Shown: in pieces, positions 20,126 through 29,799 of the stretch
Layout: each line of letters starts with the position of its first letter
Numbering within the stretch: position 1 is the first letter of the stretch
DNA from: an uncultured Verrucomicrobiota bacterium
GTDB taxonomy: Bacteria; Verrucomicrobiota; Verrucomicrobiia; Limisphaerales; UBA1412
Assembly (NCBI GenBank): GCA_964609795.1
Contig: CAZSTC010000002.1
Location: 29,849-93,848 of the forward strand
Length of the DNA stretch: 64,000 nucleotides
Direction of reading: 5' to 3'
Notes under the pieces: generated by a model
Database searches by the model: none
Told to the model about the DNA's origin: nothing
What the model saw: the letters and a program-made list of their open reading frames with translations, nothing else
Position numbers and translations under genes: made by a program

Positions 20126-20581
20126 ATGAAGATTTTCACGTTAAGCCGATTCATCACATGGACGGTAAACACGCTTGCGGTGCTTGTTGCTGCAAATGTA
20201 GTGCCCGGAATTAGCTACGAAAATAACTACCTGACGCTCATCCTGGCAGCTCTCACCTTAGGAATTCTAAACACTCTCCTTAAACCGATACTGATTATTC
20301 TGGCTTTTCCTTTCCTGATGATCACCGCAGGTTTGTTCTATTTTTTTATCAATGCTGCATTACTGGCACTGGTTGGTTTTTTCATTCCTTCCTTTCATGT
20401 GGATGGCTTTCTTTCCGCACTCTTCGGCGGACTCATTATCAGTTTTGTTTCAACATTGACCAACTTTATCATTGGGAAGAAAAAGCTCTTATTACGAGTT
20501 TCTCAGTCCGAGCAAAATAATGATAATCGGCCACCCCCATTCAGACCGGATGATGATAATGACCGAACCATTGACGTCTAA
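20126..20581 (+). CDS. DUF360 / phage-holin-4_2 family membrane protein (YvlD-like)
   Basis: About 4 hydrophobic spans with LGILNTLLKPILIILAFPFLMITAGLFYFFINAALL, which matches the DUF360 pattern. Confidence 0.7.
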   Translation: MKIFTLSRFITWTVNTLAVLVAANVVPGISYENNYLTLILAALTLGILNTLLKPILIILAFPFLMITAGLFYFFINAALLALVGFFIPSFHVDGFLSALFGGLIISFVSTLTNFIIGKKKLLLRVSQSEQNNDNRPPPFRPDDDNDRTIDV

Positions 20582-20586
20582 AACAC

Positions 20587-21729
20587 ATGATGGTTTCGGA
20601 TTTTATTTTAGGAGGTTTTTGCATTGTCAGCTTTTTTGTTCTCCTTTGGCAGTGGTTTGAAGCTGTTCGCTACCCTCTCCACTCGCGCCTCAATGAGACG
20701 CCATACACTCCATCCGTAACCCTACTTAAGCCGCTGAAAGGATGTGAGCCCCGAACAATGGAATGTCTGATTTCATGGCTTGAGCAGGATTATGCGGGTA
20801 GCGTCCAAGTTTTATTTGGGATTGCAGATCCGGCCGATCCTGTTGTTCCCCCATTACGAAATCTTCTCGCAAAATTCCCTCAAAAAGAAATTAAAATTAT
20901 CTTCTGCACCGAACAAAAAGGGCATAACAAAAAGGTTTCTTCACTCATTCAAATGGTTCCTGAGGCAATCGGCGATATTTGGGTGGTAAGTGACGCTGAT
21001 ATCCTGGCTCCACAAGACCTTCTTAAGAATTTGGTACAACCCCTTCGAAATTCATCTATCGGAGCTGTTAATTGTCTTTACCGGATTACTGGTCCCGATA
21101 ATTTTGGAACAACTCTTGAGAAAATAGCTGTTAACGCTGATTTCTGGAGTCAAGTTATTCAAAGCTTAAGGTTGGGGAAACAGGATTTTTGCCTCGGTGC
21201 TGTGATCTGCGTGAACGCCGAAGTATTTAAAATAACAGGTGGTTTTGAACCCATAGCTGACCTGTTGGCAGATGACTACCATATCGGAAATCGAATATAT
21301 AAAAGTGGTAAAAATATCGCCCTTTCTACATTGACGGTCGAGTCTATTGCCCCAAGAGCCAAACTTTCAAACGTCTGGAAACACCAGCTCCGATGGGCCC
21401 GAACCATTCGCTTTGAACGCCCCGTCTCCTATGGTCTCAGTGTTATTTCGAATACTACTCTTTGGGCCCTATTATGGATTTTAGCCGGCAGCTGGGAGTC
21501 CCGTTACCTTGTTTGCCTAGTCGTGCTTCTAACACGGCTAGTGGCTGTCAGAGACTTGATGTGCCGAATTGAGCAAACACAAGGAAAATGGATCGATGCC
21601 TGTCAGGCATGGTCAAAAGACCTTTTCCAGTTTGCTCTTTGGATCGGGGCCTTCGCGGGAAATTGTGTTGTTTGGCGCGGGGTGAAATTTCGTGTTCATA
21701 AAGGTGGTATTTTAGAATCTATTAATTGA
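20587..21729 (+). CDS. GT2/GT21-family glycosyltransferase (ceramide glucosyltransferase / HpnI-like)
   Basis: N-terminal TM span, LLKPLKGCEP, the D-x-D motif VVSDADILAP, and the QLRWARTIR (Q-x-x-RW) motif. Confidence 0.75.
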   Translation: MMVSDFILGGFCIVSFFVLLWQWFEAVRYPLHSRLNETPYTPSVTLLKPLKGCEPRTMECLISWLEQDYAGSVQVLFGIADPADPVVPPLRNLLAKFPQKEIKIIFCTEQKGHNKKVSSLIQMVPEAIGDIWVVSDADILAPQDLLKNLVQPLRNSSIGAVNCLYRITGPDNFGTTLEKIAVNADFWSQVIQSLRLGKQDFCLGAVICVNAEVFKITGGFEPIADLLADDYHIGNRIYKSGKNIALSTLTVESIAPRAKLSNVWKHQLRWARTIRFERPVSYGLSVISNTTLWALLWILAGSWESRYLVCLVVLLTRLVAVRDLMCRIEQTQGKWIDACQAWSKDLFQFALWIGAFAGNCVVWRGVKFRVHKGGILESIN

Positions 21730-21730
21730 T

Positions 21731-22336
21731 ATGAACCAATTCAACATGGATCAAGTGTTTAATTTATCACGCTGGAAGTCTGTACTTCTGATTTCTTTTT
21801 TTGAACTCAGTCTGGGTATTTCTGCGCTACTGACCGGATATTTTATTCATATTAACCCCTTTGATAAATTCCACTTTACTTGGATTGCCATTCGAGGCGG
21901 AATACTAACGACCTTCCTTGCTCTTTTCCTCATTACACTAATGACTATGGTTAACCGTTCTGCATTCCAGCAGCAGATGGTTCAATTAAAAAGTTGGTTT
22001 AGCAAATTATTCAACAGCTGGACACTGACACAGTTTTTACTGATTTCCATTTGTGCCGGAGTTGGAGAAGAGCTTCTTTTTCGTGGACTCATCCAAGAGG
22101 GTCTCATGAGGCTCATAGGCGCATGGCCTGCATTGATAATTTCAGGTGCTGTCTTTGGGATGGTTCACTGGTACAGTAATTATTATTTCATTTATGCTAC
22201 CTTTATGGGGATGTTTTTAGGAGCTCTTTACTGGCAATCCGGTAACCTCCTAGCCCCGATTATTTGCCATACTTTGTATGATTTTACCGTGCTCATAATT
22301 TTGATGCGTTGGTATTTTAAAAGATTAAAGAATTAA
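21731..22336 (+). CDS. CPBP-family intramembrane glutamic endopeptidase (CAAX protease-like)
   Basis: GVGEELLFRG (EExxxR), FGMVHW and CHTLYDF motifs in a polytopic protein. Confidence 0.8.
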   Translation: MNQFNMDQVFNLSRWKSVLLISFFELSLGISALLTGYFIHINPFDKFHFTWIAIRGGILTTFLALFLITLMTMVNRSAFQQQMVQLKSWFSKLFNSWTLTQFLLISICAGVGEELLFRGLIQEGLMRLIGAWPALIISGAVFGMVHWYSNYYFIYATFMGMFLGALYWQSGNLLAPIICHTLYDFTVLIILMRWYFKRLKN

Positions 22337-22397
22337 ATCTTCGAAGTTTTTCGGCCTCATACCACGGTTGTCCTACCCCCATCGTTATAATGGCCCC

Positions 22398-22655
22398 ATG
22401 AGAAAGATACGAAATATCTTTAAAGCGTGGAGCGGAAAACGAAATCAATTCAAAGAAGTCGCCATATTAGGAAGCACAAGAATCATTCAGCTTTCCACCG
22501 GAGAATACCAGGCCTTGGGAGGAACTGCAGAAGACCGGCTTCTCTTGCATCAATATATCAGCATCAACCTGGAAGACTCTAACCTTCTTGAAGTGAGCAG
22601 AAGAAAAACCGGAAAACTCTTTTTACTTTTGGAAAGTCTCACTAGTTCGCACTAG
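22398..22655 (+). CDS. Hypothetical small protein (85 aa); weak call
   Basis: An ORF with ATG at 22398 (the track starts at TTG 22368). No family recognised. Its 3' end overlaps the convergent comF stop by 33 nt. TATAAT at 22386-22391 ends 6 nt before the ATG. Confidence 0.3.
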   Translation: MRKIRNIFKAWSGKRNQFKEVAILGSTRIIQLSTGEYQALGGTAEDRLLLHQYISINLEDSNLLEVSRRKTGKLFLLLESLTSSH

Positions 22656-23417
22656 AGGGGTTCCTCTACATATTGTAAGGACGCAGACAAATTCTGCTTC
22701 CTTCTTTTTGAGCACCCGGGCAACCTCACTGCATGTGGCCCCTGTGGTCAACACGTCGTCCACTATCAAAATACGTTTGCCCGATAAACTCTGCGTTGAA
22801 GATATGTTGAAAGCTCCTTTTAAATTAATTATGCGCTCTTCATGAGAAAGTTGTGTTTGAGTCCGAGTATTCTTCACTCGATGCACTAACTCCGTGTTTA
22901 AAACAACTCCGGTATGACGGGATAATATCCTCCCTAATCTCTCAGCTTGATTAAACCCGCGCTTCTTTTTTTTGGATGGATGAAGAGGCACAGGAATAAT
23001 CATATCCCAATCGGTATAGGTTATCCACTTGGCCGCACAGTCTATAAGCATTTCTCCCAGCCAAGGCTCCACCCAAAGACATCCTCCATATTTATACTTA
23101 TAAATAGCCTGTAGCGGGAGATCCCCGGTTTGAACAGCAGCGCGAGCCCAGTCAAAGCAAGGCGGAGCAGACCGACAAGATTCGCAAATGAAGCTTTTCA
23201 ACCCTGCGAAATCTCCGGGAAACATGTCCCCGCAAACCTTGCAAAGCGGTGCTTCAATGGGGGATGTATCCTGCTTACAATAACTGCAAATATATCCCTC
23301 CTCGTGAAGAGCCTTATTTTGAAAGCAAAATTGACAAACTTCCGGATAAAACAGCCTCAAAAAAGAGTCAATAGATGGTCTAAGCCACCTTGTTAGAAAT
23401 GACGTCGCTCCCGACAT
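22623..23417 (-). CDS. comF: ComF-family protein (phosphoribosyltransferase-like, ComFC type)
   Basis: N-terminal Cys pairs (CQFC...CSYC, CKVC...CESC) and the PRTase motif ILIVDDVLTTGAT. Its start overlaps the upstream CPBP gene by 25 nt. Confidence 0.85.
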   Translation of the reverse strand: MSGATSFLTRWLRPSIDSFLRLFYPEVCQFCFQNKALHEEGYICSYCKQDTSPIEAPLCKVCGDMFPGDFAGLKSFICESCRSAPPCFDWARAAVQTGDLPLQAIYKYKYGGCLWVEPWLGEMLIDCAAKWITYTDWDMIIPVPLHPSKKKKRGFNQAERLGRILSRHTGVVLNTELVHRVKNTRTQTQLSHEERIINLKGAFNISSTQSLSGKRILIVDDVLTTGATCSEVARVLKKKEAEFVCVLTICRGTPLVRTSETFQK

Positions 23418-24331
23418 ACAGGTAATAATTTATGTGCAAGAAAAACGAACACCCACAAGAGAATAAGAGACATCCAGCCATCAATCAGTCGGGATGTTCC
23501 AAAAAACCAACTATGAGGGGAAGATGTGAACGATACGAAAAGGCACTGAGTCTTTAGCAATAACACCCAACTCCCGTGAGCTGCCATCGAAGCCCAGAGC
23601 CCTTCCATACGTTGAAAAAGCAACGCCAGTAAAAGGCCAGCCGAAAAAAGATTCAAAAAGCCCGGAACGACTACCTGCCAGCAGGTGAACCCTTTAAACA
23701 TTTGGAATAATACAATGAAACCACTCCACACTCTGACGACTTCAGGATTAACCGGTTTACCAAAAAAATGAGTGATTGCATAGACTGCAGAACTCAGCAG
23801 CAAAGCCCTTTTCAATCCATAAGCTCGCCGCAATCCTGTTATTAGAGCACCACGAAAAAGTGTTTCCTCCAAAGCAGCAACAACAATAGCACTTATAATC
23901 GCTCCACAGATAGTATCAAAAGAATCATGAACCGATTTGAATTCGCTGTTTAGATGAGCGCCACCCATCCATACGTTGATAATTAATGCGATCAGCAAAA
24001 CAGGAAAGCCGAAAAGAAAACCAAGGAAAATTTGTTTGGGCACTTCTTTTGAAAACCTCCACCCCAGGGAATCTAACCTAGTGACATTTAATCCCTTTAA
24101 CATTGACCATAGCCCTGCCAGTGCGAAAAAAATGAGACACCGATTTAGAATACGGTGAAAAGGTATATCTATGAGTTTCTCGTGAAAAAACGTAATGTGA
24201 ACAGCCAGCCACTCCAGCGCCCATGCTACAAAAGGGGCGATGAAGGCTGCCCCCACAAAAACGAATAGAATATATATTAATAACACGAGAGCCGGGCTCT
24301 CTTTAATTAACCTGACTGCATTGGCTCTCAT
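23393..24331 (-). CDS. CPBP-family intramembrane glutamic endopeptidase
   Basis: ALEETLFRG, YAITHF and MAAHGSW motifs in a polytopic protein. I prefer ATG 24331 over the GTG at 24346 used in the track. Confidence 0.75.
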   Translation of the reverse strand: MRANAVRLIKESPALVLLIYILFVFVGAAFIAPFVAWALEWLAVHITFFHEKLIDIPFHRILNRCLIFFALAGLWSMLKGLNVTRLDSLGWRFSKEVPKQIFLGFLFGFPVLLIALIINVWMGGAHLNSEFKSVHDSFDTICGAIISAIVVAALEETLFRGALITGLRRAYGLKRALLLSSAVYAITHFFGKPVNPEVVRVWSGFIVLFQMFKGFTCWQVVVPGFLNLFSAGLLLALLFQRMEGLWASMAAHGSWVLLLKTQCLFVSFTSSPHSWFFGTSRLIDGWMSLILLWVFVFLAHKLLPVCRERRHF

Positions 24332-24406
24332 CTCAGTTTGCAACACCTGGGGACATTTTAATAAAAAGCCCCGAAAGTTTAAACCTCAAAAAAATGAAGC
24401 AATATG

Positions 24407-27400
24407 CTATCGGACAGCTCGGAAAAATTGCATTGATTCTGAAACATCAATCAACACGGGCGACTCTGTCCCAATCTCTATCCAGGAGGAGGCCTTCAGC
24501 GAAGGGGATGATTGAAGCACCCCCTCAAACTCTACTAATATTTGGCTGGGTGTAGTTGAAAGGATTTTTAGAGTGGGAGGTTCATTTGAAACTTCCATTA
24601 CTGAAAGCGTTGCAGCGCTGCTGGCACGAGCTCCCTTGAAGTTTCTAACGACACACCTGACTATTGCGCCATCCATAGCAAGGGACACATCGGGGATGGT
24701 AAAAGATCTTTTGGCTCCTTCTTGAAAAACCACATCATTCACCTTCCATTGATAGGTGAGAGTGGAAGCACTTTCTACCCATATTTCAAATGTTGCCGAT
24801 TCTCCTTCATTACATGTGAATGAATCTGGCTCTTTTTTTATAACGGGCGGAACAAAAGGCAATACACTTGAACCAGGAACAGGTGCCGGTAAAAAACGAG
24901 CTTGGCCTATGGGTTCTTCAATCCGGCCTGAAGGCAACTCCCAACGCACTGTCAAATTATCTCCACCTCCGCCTTCAGAATGAATCGCCTCGATATAATA
25001 AGGAGTATTAGCAACAAGAACGAGTGGCTCAGATTTTTGTCCTACAATTTTTGTCCACTCCTGAGGATTCGTCCAGCCATCCACATAGGCAATCTTCCTT
25101 TTCTTAGCTGGATCATTGTTGGTGCTTAGATAAAGCTCGGAGTAGTCATCACTGGCAATCCAAAAGGTATAAATTCCACTTTCCGGGGGAATAATATATC
25201 CTGAAAGACGCTGCCCATAGTAATCGGCCCAATTAACCGGAGTAGAAAATTCCGGAATATATTCAGTGATATCAGCTCGGTTGGGATAAGTGACTATGTT
25301 GGTTAGAGAATCCAGTGTCCCGGTGCAGTTAAACCAGACTTGGCGTAGAAGAGATGATTTTACTTCTGACTTGAGGTAAAGGCTAATTGGGGTAATCCGA
25401 TTTGAATTAGACGAAATATCTAAAATATCGCTTATCGTCAGAAGATAGACGACTCCCGGATTTAGAGGTGTTGTTTGAAGAAAAACTTTCTGAACCCCAC
25501 CCGGAATCAATGATTGAGAGTCAGCTATAGCCCCTATCACGCTCGCTCCGCCCTCCATCTGGTAGTGGCCAATATTTAAGGCGCTCTCTATTGTCACATA
25601 CTCGGAATAGGTCAATGCCAGGCTGGTAGGTGTTACCTGTTTTAATTCAATTACAGTCGGCTGTTTTGTTTCTGGAATTATTGTCAGATAAAACGCTGAA
25701 CTCTCCCAAAGATCACCAAAACAGAAGCGATATAAGCCTTGGTCTGATAAAGAAAGTCGAGGTATCTTCAAGGAGAGACCTTCGAAATTAGGTATCCTTT
25801 CCCATTCTCCATCCTGCGAATATCTTTGCCAGTAACCAAACTGTGGGGACACGGTCAGAACTTGAGCACTAAAAACGCCATCACTGCTCTCATCAAATGA
25901 AATATCGCTCATGTCCGACAAAACGAAAACCAGCTCAAATGGCATTGAGGTGAAAAGGAGATCATCTTTATAAAACTCCGCTCGATAAAGACCGGCGTCA
26001 GAAGGCAAGACATTCTTCTTAATCAAAACCGGACCATTAGTTTCAGCAACACATTCCCAAACAGAATCATCTTTATTCCAGAAAAACCAACGAACCACTG
26101 AAGGAGAGACTGCCTCTTCCAATACGAATTGTATGTTCTGTCCGTGGAAAGCCAGTTGCCGCTCGGGGGACAGTATTGATTTATCAGAAAAACCGGGCGT
26201 TCCCCTCTGCAATAGAGAAGGACTCCAACCTTCTGCCAGACTCCAGTTTTCCGGTGGCTGCGCATAATTCACAGCTTGAAGAGAATGCCCTTTTTTATCT
26301 GTGCTGGGATACCAGCCATTTGAATAAATGAAGGATTGGATGATTTCATTTTCAGGAGTGACAAGTGTCAACTTCTCCCCTTTTCGAGCCAGGTTGCCTT
26401 TATATCCTGAAAGGAAAACAAAACCATTGGTATAATGTCTCTGACTAAAAGCGGATGCGTTTTTAGCCAAAATCAGGTATCCATCAGGGGGAATGACTAC
26501 ACTCGGGAACGTATAGGTAATGCCTTCAATAAACTGAACATCAAGCATGTTCACGGATTCTGACCCTGAATTATAAATCTCTAACCAGGCATAGTCATCA
26601 CTTCCGTAGTCGTCTTCTTCCCCTAAATCAGGCGAATACATAAGTTCACTAATCCTCAAAGACTCATAGTTTTGGCGTATTCTGTAGGTATATTGGTTCA
26701 GAGCACTCCACTCGCCACCACTGTAGGCGCGGACAGAAATTTTCTGATTTTGATTTAACAGCAGGGACTTGCTGATTTTATCGGTAGAATCGGGCTTGGG
26801 CAAGCTGATCAGCTCTAAATCAAAATAACTGTCAGTGCTGGCCGGATTGCTCTGGTGTACTTCTACGCAAATAACATTTTTTCCCAGCTTTAATTTTTTT
26901 GAAGAAATCTCAAAATCAAAAAACGCATCTTCATTAGGCGTATTCACGTTTTCCAAAGAGAGCGTTTCGTAAGATATACTTCCTTCCGGCATATTGCTGC
27001 GAAGTATTTCTAAGCTATTCAAATAAACCACCGCCCCATCATCTCGATTCAATGAGAGATTGAGCGAGCCAATACCCTCCAATGAATCAACGTTAAATTC
27101 ATGGCGATAGTAAACCGTAAGAATTCCGTCCCCCTTTGAATTTGTTTGTGCCGTCCTGGTGTTGGTTGGCACACGTGTTCCAAACCCCAGACGGGCTTTG
27201 CCTGTTTTCCATCCGCTGGCATCGTAATTCTGAGATTTCCAATTCCATATAATTGAACTCGGCGGAGTTTCTCCCGCATCGTAGTAACTCCAATCAGACT
27301 CTTTATTGATAAAAGTTTTTTTAAGGAAAACAGGATCTTCACTTCCCCCACCCAAAGAAACACGAATGGCATCCGGATGAATTTTACCGCCAGGCAACCG

Positions 27401-29728
27401 GGGGTCAACACCGTTGGTGGTGTAGTAAAAAGAGGTTTCTGCTGTGAGCGTGCAGCTTTGCCCCGGATCAACCATCCCTGATGCCAATGAAGAAACAGGT
27501 GCGAGAATATAAGGAAACCATCCCTGCTTCTTGAACTGATTTAAAACAATCTCCGTACGCTGTGGAAAATAAGTCGTTAAAAGGAAATTGCATTCGCTCA
27601 GCCATGTTTCACGAGTCCGCAAAACACCGTTCGCAGCCCCCCAACGTGCACTCTCAGCGACAACCACGTTATCTATTTCATCCATTCGTGATTTGAAACG
27701 CTGGGCACAACGTTCCGGAGTTAAAACGCCTCCATCAAAAAATTGCTCCTGCGCTAAATCGGCAAAGCGCATTCGATATTCTGGATTCTCCGAAAGCTTT
27801 TGATGGAGCATCATGGGTTCAAATTGAGACAAACCTGTACGATTCCAACCTTGCACAGTTAAATCATAGTCGACAGGCGTATTAACCCCTAACGTATGCT
27901 CTGAATCATGGCGAAACCATTTAAACCCGTCCGGATTTTCCCGATTATAAATAGCAAAAAGATTGTTAGGCGCATTGCCAAAAAGAGAATAAGGAGAATC
28001 CCAGTCTGCCGTGTAATATACGTTCAGCATCAACTTAATAAGGTTGTCTTCATCCAGCAAAACGGGATAATCAAAATTGCAGGTACCGTCAGGATTAAGC
28101 CCTTTCACTCGGTAATAATTATCGCTATAATCTCCCGAGTAACCTTGCTCCGTAATCGAATAAAACTCTCTGTAGGCATCCATGCTTCCGTCCGATGCTG
28201 AGTTAGCGTGAATGCAGTCCCAATCTTTGACATCACCCCCCAGATAAGTTGCGGCATAATTGGCGCTCACTCTTTCTTGCGTTTGATAAAGCCCCCAGTA
28301 TATTCCATTAATAAAAAGATGATAATGCCGGCTCCGTGTGTAGGGAACATCCACATCCTTCTGTAAATCACGAGAAAAAACTTCGCGCACAAACGTACAC
28401 TTTTCCGAGCCGTTACATGCCCAGGAGTAATTCTGAGCCGTTCGCAAATCCACTTGAGAAAATTCGTTGGCGCCCTCTTCATCAAAAAGAGGATATTTCA
28501 AAGAGCTTTCTCCATATCTTCCCCGAAAATAGACCTTGAACGAATGCTTGGGGTTGTCAGATGTTCTGCTAAAACCTCCACGTATCCTGAGTCCGGCGTT
28601 AATTTGAAATCCATCCCCGATTTCCGGCTTGATTAATTCCATGGAAGCCGGACGCTCCCAATCCATACCGGAGTTATATGCGTTTACATAAATCCCGGAT
28701 TGCGCATTAAATAAATTCCTCAAATCAGTAACTAATGAAATCGTATCAATATCCTGAAAAGATTGCCTTAATCTACCAGAGTAAAAGCTGCTCTGCACCA
28801 CGGAAGGATTCATTCCGTAATACAACCTTTGATTATTCAGCCCCTGTGGGGGCCATCCTTGTGGCGGGGGAGATGATTGAGTGAACACATCTTCCAAAAA
28901 AATCCAGGTTCCACACACTATTTCTGAGCCGATAAATCCGGGCTTATTCGCAACTGCTTTTAATACCGTTGTTCGGTCTATTACCAGTGGCTCTACATAA
29001 AGGGTTCCTGACATTTTTGTCGGATTGGTACCATCCAGCGTATATCGTATTTGAGCACCTTCTTCAGCGTAAAGTTCAAGTGCGAAAGGCTCTGAGCAAT
29101 AACCATGTTTATGGCTGAAAATCACCTTTGGGAGGCATGTTTCGACCGGAAGCGTAACGTTTATTTTTCCTGGAGTGGGAATTTCAAAGTAGTAACAGGT
29201 ATTTGGGTCCGTGCCCAGTCTCTGACTATAGCCATAGGAAACATCTGCACGCTGCGGCGGATATTGTGGAGCAAATTCATGCAGAACCGTCATACCATCA
29301 GGAGCGATCAGGGCGAGGTACTCACCCGATTTACTCAGATTGAAATTAGTCTGGAAAGGGCCATTCACTGGAGACGTTTGTTCAGAGTCATTCACATAAA
29401 CAAGAAGGTACCCTTTAGAGGGAATCATAACAGGAGAAGGAAATTGCCATTTCTGCAATTGAGCACTGTTATCACTCAAGTAACACCCACCGATATCCAC
29501 CTCCACTGATGACTCATTATAGAGCTCAATCCAATCGCAATACTCTCCACTAGGGTCTGTAACACCTTTGCTGCTTGAGGTCATGATCTCGTTGACACGA
29601 ACCGCATCCAGCTGCCCCCAACATGTCCCTGTCAGCTGCATCAGCACGAATATAATCAATCCCACTGTCACAACATACGGCTTCAAAACTCGTTGCATTC
29701 CTTTGATATTCCTCCCTTTTTCAAACAT
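24407..29728 (-). CDS. 1773-aa secreted multidomain protein: LTD - CotH kinase-like domain - LTD - Ig-like repeats - PA14 - Ig
   Basis: Signal-peptide-like N-terminus. Two lamin-tail-domain signatures (VRVNEIMTSSS...CDWIELYN and LRISELMYSP...AWLEIYN). CotH-like core (MDWERPASMELI...HSFKVYFRGRYGESSLKYPLF...YHLFINGIYWGLY). PA14-like GYIIPPESGIYTFWIASDDYSELYLS. Ig-like YQWKVNDVVF near the C-terminus. Confidence 0.85.
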   Translation of the reverse strand: MFEKGRNIKGMQRVLKPYVVTVGLIIFVLMQLTGTCWGQLDAVRVNEIMTSSSKGVTDPSGEYCDWIELYNESSVEVDIGGCYLSDNSAQLQKWQFPSPVMIPSKGYLLVYVNDSEQTSPVNGPFQTNFNLSKSGEYLALIAPDGMTVLHEFAPQYPPQRADVSYGYSQRLGTDPNTCYYFEIPTPGKINVTLPVETCLPKVIFSHKHGYCSEPFALELYAEEGAQIRYTLDGTNPTKMSGTLYVEPLVIDRTTVLKAVANKPGFIGSEIVCGTWIFLEDVFTQSSPPPQGWPPQGLNNQRLYYGMNPSVVQSSFYSGRLRQSFQDIDTISLVTDLRNLFNAQSGIYVNAYNSGMDWERPASMELIKPEIGDGFQINAGLRIRGGFSRTSDNPKHSFKVYFRGRYGESSLKYPLFDEEGANEFSQVDLRTAQNYSWACNGSEKCTFVREVFSRDLQKDVDVPYTRSRHYHLFINGIYWGLYQTQERVSANYAATYLGGDVKDWDCIHANSASDGSMDAYREFYSITEQGYSGDYSDNYYRVKGLNPDGTCNFDYPVLLDEDNLIKLMLNVYYTADWDSPYSLFGNAPNNLFAIYNRENPDGFKWFRHDSEHTLGVNTPVDYDLTVQGWNRTGLSQFEPMMLHQKLSENPEYRMRFADLAQEQFFDGGVLTPERCAQRFKSRMDEIDNVVVAESARWGAANGVLRTRETWLSECNFLLTTYFPQRTEIVLNQFKKQGWFPYILAPVSSLASGMVDPGQSCTLTAETSFYYTTNGVDPRLPGGKIHPDAIRVSLGGGSEDPVFLKKTFINKESDWSYYDAGETPPSSIIWNWKSQNYDASGWKTGKARLGFGTRVPTNTRTAQTNSKGDGILTVYYRHEFNVDSLEGIGSLNLSLNRDDGAVVYLNSLEILRSNMPEGSISYETLSLENVNTPNEDAFFDFEISSKKLKLGKNVICVEVHQSNPASTDSYFDLELISLPKPDSTDKISKSLLLNQNQKISVRAYSGGEWSALNQYTYRIRQNYESLRISELMYSPDLGEEDDYGSDDYAWLEIYNSGSESVNMLDVQFIEGITYTFPSVVIPPDGYLILAKNASAFSQRHYTNGFVFLSGYKGNLARKGEKLTLVTPENEIIQSFIYSNGWYPSTDKKGHSLQAVNYAQPPENWSLAEGWSPSLLQRGTPGFSDKSILSPERQLAFHGQNIQFVLEEAVSPSVVRWFFWNKDDSVWECVAETNGPVLIKKNVLPSDAGLYRAEFYKDDLLFTSMPFELVFVLSDMSDISFDESSDGVFSAQVLTVSPQFGYWQRYSQDGEWERIPNFEGLSLKIPRLSLSDQGLYRFCFGDLWESSAFYLTIIPETKQPTVIELKQVTPTSLALTYSEYVTIESALNIGHYQMEGGASVIGAIADSQSLIPGGVQKVFLQTTPLNPGVVYLLTISDILDISSNSNRITPISLYLKSEVKSSLLRQVWFNCTGTLDSLTNIVTYPNRADITEYIPEFSTPVNWADYYGQRLSGYIIPPESGIYTFWIASDDYSELYLSTNNDPAKKRKIAYVDGWTNPQEWTKIVGQKSEPLVLVANTPYYIEAIHSEGGGGDNLTVRWELPSGRIEEPIGQARFLPAPVPGSSVLPFVPPVIKKEPDSFTCNEGESATFEIWVESASTLTYQWKVNDVVFQEGAKRSFTIPDVSLAMDGAIVRCVVRNFKGARASSAATLSVMEVSNEPPTLKILSTTPSQILVEFEGVLQSSPSLKASSWIEIGTESPVLIDVSESMQFFRAVR

Positions 29729-29799
29729 TCAAATCATTTTTAGACAAACCAAACAAGCCAGCAGAACATGCCTCCTTCATACCCCAATATAGCCCCATA

